The translations under genes and the position numbers were made by a program. Shown in pieces: positions 28,164-40,951 of a DNA stretch of 64,000 nt (the stretch's first letter is position 1; each line of letters opens with the position of its first letter). Location of the stretch: the NCBI RefSeq assembly GCF_001194135.2, contig NC_068988.1:97167742-97231741 (forward strand). The letters run 5' to 3'. The DNA is from Octopus bimaculoides. Taxonomy: Eukaryota. The notes beneath the pieces were generated by a model. That model was not told the DNA's origin. It saw only the letters and a list, made by a program, of their open reading frames with translations, and did not search any database.

Positions 28164-28724
28164 GTGTAAGGTTTATTAAAATCCCGCTGCCAAACAATCA
28201 GGTCCCTTCCCGCCTCGTCTTCTAATTCTCTTTCTTCTCTACTTCTTTATCATCATCACATTCAACTGTTTACTCTTTCCTCGCCATCAACATCATTATT
28301 ATCAACATAATCACCAACAAACGTCCCCACCAACCGCGAACGTCATCACCGCTGCCGCCACCACCGCCGCAGCTACCAATATCACCAGCACCACTAACAC
28401 CAGCACCACTACCACCACCAATGCTATCATCCCACCCATACCACCCCCACCGGCACCAGCAGCAGCAACAACAACAACTGCAACAACAACAAACACATAG
28501 AAGCCAAAATGTGAATTGTTATCGTAGTTTGTAGTTGGAGCTTTCGACTGTTTGCTTGTTTTGTCACATCGTTGTTGTTGTTGTTGCTGCTGTTGCTGTG
28601 ATTGTCAATGTTGCTTTTTGTTGTTGTTTTTCTTGTTGCTATATTTAAATAGAATTAACGGGGGGGGGGAAGTTGTATCGAAAATAAGAAAATTACGAAA
28701 GCCATTGAAGTGTTTATATATGTT

Positions 28725-28810
<86 letters not shown>

Positions 28811-29619
28811 CGTGCATGTTTGTATGCTTCTGTGTATGCATGTACGTTTCATACCTGTTTGCATGCGTGTGTGTCTATATGTATGTAAACACGTACACAC
28901 ACACACACACACGTACACACACACACGTACGCACGCACACACACACACACACACACACATCCACATACACGCCACGTATAGAAAGTCCTCCATTATAGTG
29001 TTTCATTATCCGACTGAATGGAGCTGTTGAAAATGATATCTTTTTGCTAACACAACTCGGCTACAGATCATTAATGTTACGCTTCGCTGAACACAGATCA
29101 GACCTGGACAAGGAAGGAAGGAAAACGTGAAGCCAAGCAGGTGACAAAGACTCGTTGCCGTTTGCTAGAATCCTTTACAGGAAGAATCGGTCGCTTTGCT
29201 TTGTTGTGTCACTGCAAAATAACTGTTCTTCCTTAGAGAGGAAGAACAGTTGTGGAAGATTGTTCTGTCGATACGGTATCGGACGATCAATCGACAGGGT
29301 GTCGGTTTCGCGTCCTGGTAACAGCACTGCGTTGTGTATTTTCACTGATTAAGAGGAAAAAATCCCAAACAAAACAAAACAAAAAGCAAAACGAAAAACA
29401 TTATATGCATGTATACATGTATTATTTCATTTATGTATGTAATATCTCATTGATTCAATAAGACATTCAATACTTCATTTCATTTTACTATTTATATTAT
29501 ATATTCCATATTCTATATCCCACATTAATTTTATAAGAATATAAATAAAACATAAAAAACAGACAGAGTTGGAACTCTTTTAAATAATATATTCCTCTAT
29601 ACACTATCATACAAACCCC

Positions 29620-29650
<31 letters not shown>

Positions 29651-30067
29651 TATATATAGTTCAAATTTACANNNNNNNNNNNNNNNNNNNNNNNNNNNNN
29701 NNNNNNNNNNNNNNNNNNNNNNNNNNNNNNNNNNNNNNNNNNNNNNNNNNNNNNNNNNNNNNNNNNNNNNNNNNNNNNNNNNNNNNNNNNNNNNNNNNNN
29801 NNNNNNNNNNNNNNNNNNNNNNNNNNNNNNNNNNNNNNNNNNNNNNNNNNNNNNNNNNNNNNNNNNNNNNNNNNNNNNNNNNNNNNNNNNNNNNNNNNNN
29901 NNNNNNNNNNNNNNNNNNNNNNNNNNNNNNNNNNNNNNNNNNNNNNNNNNNNNNNNNNNNNNNNNNNNNNNNNNNNNNNNNNNNNNNNNNNNNNNNNNNN
30001 NNNNNNNNNNNNNNNNNNNNNNNNNNNNNNNNNNNNNNNNNNNNNNNNNNNNNNNNNNNNNNNNNNN

Positions 30068-30100
<33 letters not shown>

Positions 30101-30124
30101 GTATGTATGTACACACACACACAT

Positions 30125-30281
30125 ACACGCCGACCATCCACAGAGTTCCCGTCTATCAAATTCTTTCAGAAAGCATTGGCGTGCCCGGAGCCTAAGTAGA
30201 AAACACTTTTCCAGTGAGTTGCGGAGCGGGATTGAGCTGGGAACCACGTGGTTGCAAAGCTAGTTTCCTAACCACACAGCT
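30125..30281 (-). mobile_element. SINE family B 5' half
   Basis: The minus strand reads GCTGTGTGGTTAGGAAACTAGCTTTGCAACCACGTGGTTCCCAGCTCAATCCC..., similar to 37380-37516. Confidence 0.75.
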
Positions 30282-30867
30282 TTGCTTAAATTTCGAAAGG
30301 TTACCGCTGCGATCGTCAAAATAGTTTGAACATCCAGTCAGACGTGCCAGATCCTCAGTGGCAAAACAGTTGCGCCCAATCGACTCATTGCAGTTCTTAG
30401 TTGGTTTGATTTACTCTAAGGTCACAGTTGACTGACCAGAATTATGATCGAAATCGTTCAGGCGGCAACATCTCTTTTAGTACTTTTATTCTAATATAGA
30501 TTTTACTCCAATATAGACTTTAGAAATGACTCTTAATAATGTTTAGTTGTTATTTCGAGCAAGTTAGACGACCAGGCAGAAGCTTTCTCGTAGTGTTGTT
30601 CTCTCTGTTGTGTATCTTTCACAAAATTTTTGTTTGACGAGCGTTTGTAAGTTATTGAACCGAATTCAGTGGTGGTTGTGGTGGTGGGGGTAGAGGTCAG
30701 TGAGTTGAGCTAAAATTGTTGAAGTGAATGTTGAAGGCTTATTGAGGGCTGAGATTCTGAATCCTGAAGAGGTCAAGTGCTGTGAGGACGCAGTCTTGGA
30801 ACGTTTTAAATCTGCATTTGCATCATGTAGTCGCATCCTGCCGTTGTTCTCTAAGCTGCAGCTGTTA

Positions 30868-31110
30868 GAAAGAGAGAAGAAAGAGAAGGAAAAGGGAGAA
30901 GGAAAAGAGAAGGAAAAGGGAGAAGGAAAAGAGAGAAGAAAGAGAAGGAAAACGGAGAAGGAAAAGGGAGAAGGAAAAGGAGAAGAAAGAGAAGGAAAAG
31001 GGAGAAGGAAAAGGGAGAAGGAAAAGGGAGAAGGAAAAGAGAAGGAAAAGGGAGAAGGAAAAGAGAGAAGAAAAAGAAGGAAAAGAGAGAAGGAAAAGAG
31101 AAGGAAAAGC
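30868..31110. repeat. Purine-rich minisatellite of GAAGGAAAAG(G/A)GA-type units with higher-order repetition
   Basis: Read directly; accounts for the KEKEKGEG ORF. Confidence 0.9.
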
Positions 31111-31598
31111 AGAGACAGATTCAATGCATTAAGAAATGCAACTGCAGCTGCCGTTGCCTCTTTTCTGTTGGTATTTTTGTCTCTCTGTAACTAAATGGAT
31201 CTTCGTCAGTTTGACGATGAGTGCTCAGATGTTTGACCCAGGTCACCTATCTGTCCCATATGTCAACGTCTACGTAGCCGTGTGTTCCACAGATACGTGG
31301 GAGCTTAATGAAGTTATCAGACGGAATCAGTGTAAATCACTGTGACATGGAGGGTGAAAAGATCGGATATTTCAATTATAGGTTACGGTCGGTACAAGGG
31401 GCTTCCATACAGTTTCCCGTCGACCCAATTTCAATATGTCGAACCAAGGCCATGATAAACAGCGTTTGTCCATCATGCCAAAAATCAAAGTCAACAATAT
31501 GCAGTGAGTGCGATCGAAACACGTTTCGAACAATTATGAATGAACTAACTGGAAATCAAGAAAGTTTGAATATTCAAATACTTTATTCTCCTTATTAT

Positions 31599-31646
<48 letters not shown>

Positions 31647-31656
31647 NNNNNNNNNN

Positions 31657-31698
<42 letters not shown>

Positions 31699-32311
31699 CA
31701 TACAAAGATAAATACGGAGAAAATAGAAATAGATGTGCGATACGTAAAGTCTATAGATTTCCGTAAATATGCATAAGAAAGCAACCATAAATGTGAATAT
31801 ATTAACATGCACACATATGTATAAAAACACACATACGTGCACACGCACACACACACACGCACACACACGCACACAGACACACGCACACACACATGCACAC
31901 ACACACACGCACTTACGCACGCGCGCACATACACACACAAGTAGAAATTTGTGTACAAGAAATTAGAAAAATTAAAAAGAATTAAGAAAAATATCTCTTT
32001 ATCCAAGAAAATGATTGTATCTAAAACGAAGGTCCAGAACTGGAGAAGGCTTTTTGGAAACACTGATGCAATTTGAGAGGGCAGCTGCAGTTGCATATCT
32101 TAACATAATGTGCACTGATATTCTCCCCCTTTCTCCTTCACTTTATCTCTCTCTTCCTCTCCCTCTCAAACAGCTGCCTCCCAAAGAGCAGCGCCATAAT
32201 GCATACTCGAGATGGAACGCTATTTCAAAGCTGAATGTTAGCGGGAGGAGGAGGAGGAGGAACGTGGAGGACAAGCAATTCGTCAACAACAACAGCAACA
32301 TCAATAACATC

Positions 32312-32373
<62 letters not shown>

Positions 32374-32655
32374 ATGACATTTTGATACGTGAACAGAATA
32401 ATCAATTTACACCAGTTAACTTAAACAACAATCTGTGTGGGTTGGTTGCAGCAATTAGAATATTATAAAAAAAAATTTATAGAAAACAAGCAGAAATATA
32501 AAACCGTTGCATTAACAGCAGCAGGAACAAGAAAAACAACATGGGTGACAATAATAATAATAATCGCTCATTTGCCACAGGGGCTTATAGATACAATACG
32601 AAACCTATCTGCTGATAGGCTACCAGACGTGTGGGGCTGTATACACGCATACTAG

Positions 32656-32715
<60 letters not shown>

Positions 32716-32720
<5 letters not shown>

Positions 32721-33041
32721 ATATACCAGAGGCAATCTAACACCAATGCACAAAGAAGATTGACTCGGTGCAACAAATGAGGTATTCAGAAAGGCTAGAA
32801 GAACTGAGGTTTTACTCCCAGAGAGACGAGGCGAAATATATGCAAAAGATATATAAATGCTACATCCTGGGTGGCTCAGCTCCCAATTTGGGGATTCAAA
32901 GCTATACCAATCACCAAACTGAACGCCACTGCATAGAACCCAAGGTGCTGTCCTGTTCATCTAGAATAAGGACCAAGTACTATAACAACTTAGGATTCAT
33001 GGGCACACAATTTTCAACATTCTTCCGAGCTTATTGCAAGT
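32716..33041 (+). mobile_element. CR1-group LINE ORF2 C-terminal remnant
   Basis: TKKIDSVQQMRYSERLEELRFYSQR...YILGGSAPNLGIQSYTNHQTERHCIEPKV..SRIRTKYYNNLGFMGTQF resembles the YxERLxxLxLYSLERRR...W/YKIL.G..PN...GP.LFN tail of CR1/L2-group elements. Confidence 0.75.
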
Positions 33042-33044
33042 AAG

Positions 33045-33410
33045 CCCTAGTTAGAATTTTCTTCGGGTCGAGTAGCCCATCCCACTCAAAAGGTCTTTGA
33101 ATAAGGGTTGTTCGAGGATGTTGAACGAAATACCCACGTTTCCAGAGGTGAATTATCCAAACCCCAAAGAATTCCTCTCATCACATGGCTATGATGCTCC
33201 CCCACTACTTCTGCTCATGATCAGAGATGCACATATCGTCAGCCACCAAGGGAAATGTTCAACTGGTTAAAGTCAAACAACTGATAAGCAAATCTATAGT
33301 ATTGAGCAGATTATTTGCTGTGGCCCATCTTTTATACCAAGACAAAACAATGTACATGATAACACTTCCAATCAGTTAAGATCAGAAACCATAAGAGCCA
33401 CTGCCAAGAT
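33045..33410 (-). mobile_element. Interspersed repeat, possibly a Deu/Nin-domain SINE body
   Basis: Non-coding block that I recognise as a common octopus repeat (TTGGTATAAAAGATGGG..CAGCAAAT...TGGCTGACGATATGTGCATCTCTGATCA on the minus strand). The domain assignment is from memory and unverified. Confidence 0.45.
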
Positions 33411-33456
33411 TTCTATAGTGGGCTAGTTGAGGGGTATGAGTGATGATGGGCGAATG

Positions 33457-33492
<36 letters not shown>

Positions 33493-34181
33493 GGAGTAGT
33501 AGTAGTGTTGGTGGTGGTGGTGGTGGTGTGTTTGTGTATTGATTTGATAACTCTCCTGGGGAAGAGGGGCGATACACATGCTTAGTAACACCAAACGCGC
33601 GCGCACGGGCATACACACACACACAAACATGCACACACACATACACACACGCACACGCACGCACGCGCGCACACACCCACCCTATCCCCGTCCCGCAACT
33701 CATTCTGCCTATATTCTGTCGAAGACAAACTCTCACCGTTCTGTTTGTTTCATAACTGCCATTGTTATTTATTTCAATTTCAAGGCTACACCAAGACGTG
33801 TTGAGGCTTTTCCGGTGAAGCCTTTGGTCGTAGGTATTTTTATATTAATTTCTCATAATTTGAATGGCAGACAGAAAGAGCCACGAGCAAATGGTGAGTT
33901 TAAAGTGAAAATTAATATTACCTGTCTATCAATGCTAATGAAATGATAACGGAAAATGGAAAATTCAATGTTATGTTCAGACATAACGGACGTTGAAAAG
34001 AACGTTTTCAATTAGAGCCGCTCCGGACTGAACTGACAAGATTTTAATTGTTGTCACCGAATCGAGAAGTGGTTTATTTTTGACAGATTGAATGAGCTGA
34101 GACGGCATTCGCGTTAGTGTATGCGTGCGCATATGGGTGTGTATATATACACGCACATACATATATACAAGGACAGGCATG

Positions 34182-34253
<72 letters not shown>

Positions 34254-34277
34254 CATATATATATATACATGTATATG

Positions 34278-34308
<31 letters not shown>

Positions 34309-34630
34309 GAACACACATATACTCACACACACACATACACATAAACATACATACACACATACATGCTTCCCTGTGCATACATGGGTGTGTGTGTGTTGTA
34401 ATCAGGCGTACATTTCTGCAAGTTTATAAAGCGATCGGTTGAAAAGTTTTCCTAACAGGTAATTGTTATCATAGATAGGACATTTCATGAAAATGTTAAG
34501 AAAGCTTTCTTAGAAAGGTGTAAGGCCCAGCCAGAATGTAAGCAATGGCGGAGGAGCCACAGAAAAAATGGTGAAGAAAACACAGTTAAACTTATCATCT
34601 ACCATTTCTGATATCATCCGCTCTCTTTCT

Positions 34631-34850
34631 AATAATCCTTTCTACTATAGGCACAAAACCTGAAATTTTGGGGAGGGAACTAGTCAATTGCGTCGGCTCC
34701 AGTGTTTTACTGGTACTTAATTTATCGACTCCGAAAGGATGAAAGGCAAAGTCGACCTCGGCGGAATTTGAACTCAGAACGTAGCGACAGGCGAAATACC
34801 TCTAAGCATTTCGCTCGGCGTGCAAACGATTTTGCCAGCTCGCCGCCTTC
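34631..34850 (-). mobile_element. Near-complete tRNA-derived SINE (family A)
   Basis: The minus strand reads AGGCGGCGAGCTGGCAAAATCG (A box) ... GTTCTGAGTTCAAATTCCGCC (B box) ... GTCGACTTTGCCTTTCATCCTTTCGGAGTCGATAAATTAAGTACCAG (resembles the MetaSINE/Sauria central domain; inference) ... GTGCCTATAGTAGAAAGGATTATT tail. Confidence 0.9.
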
Positions 34851-34851
34851 G

Positions 34852-34931
<80 letters not shown>

Positions 34932-34964
34932 TTCATTATAGTGCTGGTTTGTTTGCATACTAGT

Positions 34965-35215
34965 AACATAGCGGTTCGACAAAAGGGCTGATAGAATATG
35001 TACGACACTTAAAAATAAATCCATGGGTGGATTTGTTCGACTAAAAGCCTTCAAGATGGCACCCCAAAACGAACGCAGTCCAATGACTGAAACAAGCAAA
35101 CGTTAAAAACAAATAATAAAAGGAATAAACAAGCCTTGAAATAGGTGCAGCCGCATAAAAGAATAAAAGAATAAAAGAATAAGAGAATAAGAGAATAAAA
35201 GAATAGAAGACATAC
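34965..35215 (+). mobile_element. SINE family B 3' half with (AAAAGAAT)n tail
   Basis: TAGCGGTTCGACAAAAGGGCTGATAGAATA...GTTCGACTAAAAG...GCAGTCCAATGACTGAAACAAG; the reverse complement of 37085-37260. Confidence 0.75.
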
Positions 35216-35444
35216 GAAAATAATAACCTAACATACTTTTCTCCATCTTTTAGTTAAGACTCTTTAGCCATGTTTGTTTGTTTCATCATCATCATCATCA
35301 CGAAATCCACCTCTACTCCCCCCTCTCTCTCTCTCTCAATATATATGAGTCTGTGTGTCCTGTAGTTTCTAGTCACCTCTTACTTGCTTAGACTACCCTT
35401 TATCCACCTCTGCAAAAATCAGCATTCCCGCCACCACCACATCT

Positions 35445-35535
<91 letters not shown>

Positions 35536-35701
35536 TAATAATAAAATCTGAGACTCTAAAAGGCCATGATACCTCACAGAAGATTCTTTACATCGTAATG
35601 GTTTGCCAATGTTTGTTTTCTTTGAAATTAGCCAAGAACAAGCGACCGGTGTGTATATATTTATAATGATTTCATGCGTATATATGTTTGTATTCGTACA
35701 C

Positions 35702-35740
<39 letters not shown>

Positions 35741-35838
35741 GAGATCTATACACACGCACACACGCGTATGTACTTGTATGGTTTCAGTGTATTTTGTATG
35801 CATTTATGTATGTATGCGTGTATCTGTACCCGTGTGTT

Positions 35839-35904
<66 letters not shown>

Positions 35905-36937
35905 AGTGTGTATATATACATATATTTATGTATGCATATATATGTGCGTGTGTGTGTATATATATATATGTATGTATATTTGTGTAAATTTGTCTGTGTA
36001 TGTATATGAAAACATGCATACACACACATATACATACATGCATATATGAACACACACATATATATATATGCGTACATATATAAGTGTACGGTGTGTGTGT
36101 ATGCGTGTGTGTGTGCATGCTGTCTTTTTGCTATAGAACGTGCCTTGCGGTGCACGTGTGCGTGTGTGTATATAAGAGTTAAGAGACATGTTATTTGGTT
36201 GAAGGTTAAGGCACAGGTGTTTAATCAAATTGACATGGCTTCTAACCCCCAAAAGTGTGATAGTTCGCCCCTCGCCGTACGCCGTCAGCAAATCCAAGCT
36301 AGTGGGTCGGACCTCTTAGAATGTAACACAGAGTATGAAATATACAAAAAAAAAAAGCAGGGAACATTGAAAGGAAAGAAAGGAATGGTGGAATCGTGGA
36401 GTAAGTCGTGTGATGGAGCAGAGACGGCTTTCGTTTTCTTAGCTCTCTTTAATTTCTCGCTTTTCTTTCATGTTTTCTTTTTTTATGTAAGAACACTTAG
36501 ATTGGAAGGTGATGTCAACATCGTTTTAATACATCAAGTAAAGATTGGAGACAAGCAAAGCTTAAGTTGAACTTTATATCATTACTAAGACTCATATGTA
36601 CTCATACACATCTATGAACACACGCACACACACAGCCACGTACGTACACAGACGCATATTCATACGCGCTTCATACATACTTTGGCATGCCAACACAATC
36701 GACGTGTGAAGTATATCTGCTGACGTCTACACATAAATAAGCAAGACTTTGTGCACTTAAACATTAACATGTGTGTAAGCACGACTTGTTTGTTTGTGTA
36801 TGTATATACATGTGTGTGTATGTCTGTATGTGTGTGGTGTATGAATATATATGTATATATATATATATGTGTATACATACACATATATACCTGTAGACAT
36901 ACATGATTATATATATGTATATGTATATATTTATGTA

Positions 36938-37033
<96 letters not shown>

Positions 37034-37082
37034 TATGTATGTATATATGCCTGTGTGTGATTGCGTCTGTGTGTGTGTGTGT

Positions 37083-37516
37083 CTTTTCCCTTTTACTTGT
37101 TCCAACTATCAGACTGCGGCCATGCTGGGGCACCGCCTTCAAGAATTTTTATCGAACGAATCGACCTCAGTAATTATTATGTTTTTAAAGCCTGCTTTTT
37201 ATTCTATCGGATTCTTTTGCCAAACTGCTACATTACAGGGACGTAAATACACGAACACCGGTTGTCCTGCGGTGGTGGGGAACAAACACAGACACACACA
37301 CACGCACACACACACACACACACATACACGCACAAATATACACACATGCACACACAAAAAACATGTGTTCGACAGGCTTCATTCAGTTTCCGCCTACCAA
37401 ATCCACCTACCAAGATTTAGCAGGAAACACTTGCCCAGTGTGTCACGCTGTAGGACTGAACCCAGAACCACGTGGTTAGGAAGCAAACTTGTAACCACAC
37501 AGCCACTCCTGCGCCT
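37083..37516 (-). mobile_element. Near-complete SINE family B
   Basis: The minus-strand head GGCGCAGGAGTGGCTGTGTGGTTAC...GGGTTCAGTCCTAC is followed by an internal CA repeat and the 3' GGCGGTGCCCCAGCATGGCCGCAGTC...AACAAGTAAAAG. Confidence 0.88.
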
Positions 37517-39444
37517 GCACACACACACACACACACACACATATATGTGTTTATATATGTATGTATATATGTGCATATATGGGCGTGTGAGTTTTGTGAC
37601 TGTCTGTGTGTGTATAGTCATGTAATTACTTCCACGCCCTGTTTGTGGTGCATCTCACTCACACCTATAGAACACGGGCAAAGACACACACACTCCCTGC
37701 CTTTCATAGATGTTTCTCTGTGTTTATGAATCAGTGAGTGTGAGAAAGCATAAATAGTGAGATATACGTACAGAGGCGTGTATTGACGAGCCATCAGTGG
37801 CTTATCAGCACTCGCGTTTCTCTCTCTCTCTCTCTCTCCATTTAACGTAAAATTAATCAATAGTCTTTAGTAGATTTCGTCTTTATTAAACTTGTACAAA
37901 TAGGAATAACAGTGACTTCGTGGTTTCGGTCTGATAGTTTTCGCCAGGTTCGACTAGAGACGCGTTCACTTTTGATTTTATATCGTCTTTGAGGTATTTC
38001 TTTGTACGTATTTCTGGGTAGGCGGTGCTAATGAAATGAGAATTCGGCTTGGTATATGTAGATTTTGGAAAATTGATGTTTGAGAAGGTGGATAGGAGAG
38101 GATCGGAGGCAAATATGTTTATAGAGTGTGGGTTCATGGAAAGATATTGCTGGTAGATTTAGTTTGGTTTGATCTTGAATGCTAGACTGGGTACAGAAGT
38201 GTACACATTATTAGTGAGTCAGATTCATATACACATATCCATAGATGCATACACGTGATACACGTGTGTGTGTGTGTTTGTGTGCTTCTGTGTGTATGTG
38301 TTTCAGCGGAGTGGTAAGATCTCTGAACACCTATTGAAAGAGGTGACATCGTTACCAAATCTGTGCAAAAACGGTATTTCCCCAGCAAGACTGGAAAGCC
38401 ACATCCATGCTGCTTTAAGAGAACTATTAAGCGATGGCGTTGCTCCATCTGCCGTTGCAGTCACCATGTATGTATGTATGTATGTATGTATGTATCTATC
38501 TATTATACATGTATGTGTGTGTATGTATGTATCTATGTGTTTATGTATGCATACATGTGCGTGTGTGTATGCATGTATGTATGTGTATGTGTGTGTGCCT
38601 ATGTGAAGATATCCTAAAATCTAATTTTATACGAAAGATTAAGTCAAAGTATAAACCAGTGACATATCTCTGATCACCAAATTCATCATTTCAGCAACAA
38701 CAAACAAATATAGAAATAAGATAGAAATAAAAACCAAAAATAAAATAGCGAATTTTATCTCAATAAACTACAACGAAATTATCAACGACAAAAAAAGACA
38801 AAATCAGGTAAAAACAAAAACAAAAAAAGTCTGAAATATTTTAAAAACTCCTCATGTTTTCATTATTTTCTTAACATAATCTTAGCAATATGTATAAAAG
38901 GAAACAAGAATTTCTTTAGTCCAACACATAATAATAACCATACATTATTATGAAATTGGATTACGTTAAATAGCACAACGCAATAAAGATTGTAATGGAA
39001 TTATAGTAAACATCAAATCATAATGAAAGATTTATCATTAATTCAATAAAGCAGTTTAGGTTTGGTTTGTTTTTTTTAAATTTTTCTTCATCTGCAACAA
39101 CTTCTTTGTTAGGAAGGTTCCATTATTTTCAACCGATGAAATAAAAAGATTAAACTAAGCAGACATATATTAGGAGTGAATGCGAGAGTAAACAGGTGCN
39201 NNNNNNNNNNNNNNNNNNNNNNNNNNNNNNNNNNNNNNNNNNNNNNNNNNNNNNNNNNNNNNNNNNNNNNNNNNNNNNNNNNNNNNNNNNNNNNNNNNNN
39301 NNNATACCTACCTACCTACCTAAATACATACCTACTTACACGCACATACACATACATATATACACACTCACGCACAGATAAATGCATGTTTCACTCTGTC
39401 TCTCTATCTCTCTAACTATCTGTGTGTATATATATATATATACA

Positions 39445-39487
<43 letters not shown>

Positions 39488-40378
39488 ACATTTATGCATA
39501 TTTACAATAATCAACGGAAAAGTGGTCGGACCATAAGTTCATAGGCAACATTTCAGATTGTATTACTTCTGAAGAAGTACCTTATATTCGAAACGTCGAA
39601 AAGTTTTCCTCACAGTTTTATGAAAACTAAAGTAATTACACATACAGTTTATGCTTTTACAAATACCTTTGGCATCTACTTTACACATAACATGCATTTA
39701 CCATATACATATATTCCTGTTACGCACACACAGCATCTATGTATCTTTAAGTTATAACACACACACACACGCATACACACACTCACAAACACTCACACAC
39801 ATATGTATGTATGTTTCGTAACTTTAACATATGCGATACGACATTTATATGTCATATAACATAGGTATAAAATACATATATCATGTATTAAATTGCAGAA
39901 ATAACCTAAATATATCATAGAATATAATTTATATAATTTTGATGGATTTGCGTAGACTAAAACGCAACACGAGAACAACAAAATGAAAAATTGAGGATGT
40001 GTAAGTTTTTATATTTTGCAAGTTTTATGGCTGCAAAAGGGGGGGGGGAGAAAGTAATAGAGAGAGAGAGAGAGAAGAAAGATAAGAGACTGTGAGGGGG
40101 GTAAAGGGAGATGAAGTCATGTGTGTGTGTGTGTGTGTGTGTATGTGTGTCTGCATATCTGTGAATGTATGTGTGTGAGTGCGTGATTATGGTGCGTGTG
40201 TGACCTTTAATGTATACGTGTTATTTAAACTATAATTGAACATAAACGTAGACGGAGAAATTGCAAATTGTAATTAGAAAAGCGAAGACCTTTCAGCAAA
40301 GAATGTGTTGTAGAGGTGTGGAGAATAGGAAGACAGATATGAAGGAAAATTGGGGACGATAGGAAGAGAGGGATAGAT

Positions 40379-40424
<46 letters not shown>

Positions 40425-40888
40425 GTATATAATTGCATGCGTATATAAACTGGATACTCACTTGATATGAATTATTTGCCCATGTGAGTTGACAGTATTT
40501 GATTGTAGAGGAATGCAAATTCAGGTTTAACGTACATGCAAATATACATATATTGTTAGGCGCACAGATGTACCAAATTATACATTCATACAGTCGGATA
40601 TGCAACGGGTGCATAAGCATACCCACATGCGCATACACATGTTGCACGCACATATCACACATAAATAAGTGTATGCGTATGTATGTGTGTGTGTGTATGT
40701 ATGTGTGTGTGTGTATGTGTGTGTTAATATTTTCACATAGTTTCTATGCTCCTTCATGCTTGTGTTCGGATGTATGTGTAAGATATATATATATATTTAT
40801 GAATATTACACCTCCAACCACACACCCACACACAAACACATACATTTATAAGTGTATGTATATGTATATGCATATATGTATGTGTGTG

Positions 40889-40951
<63 letters not shown>

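Noticed and set aside
31133-32099. TTAA-flanked Kolobok/piggyBac-like non-autonomous transposon
   Set aside because: Inverted similarity continues outside the TTAA on both sides, which a TIR plus target duplication would not produce. Kept as an inverted-duplication finding instead.
33784-33832. Possible 49-nt micro-exon (ATPRRVEAFPVKPLVV)
   Set aside because: Such AG...GT pairs are expected by chance and nothing else supports it.
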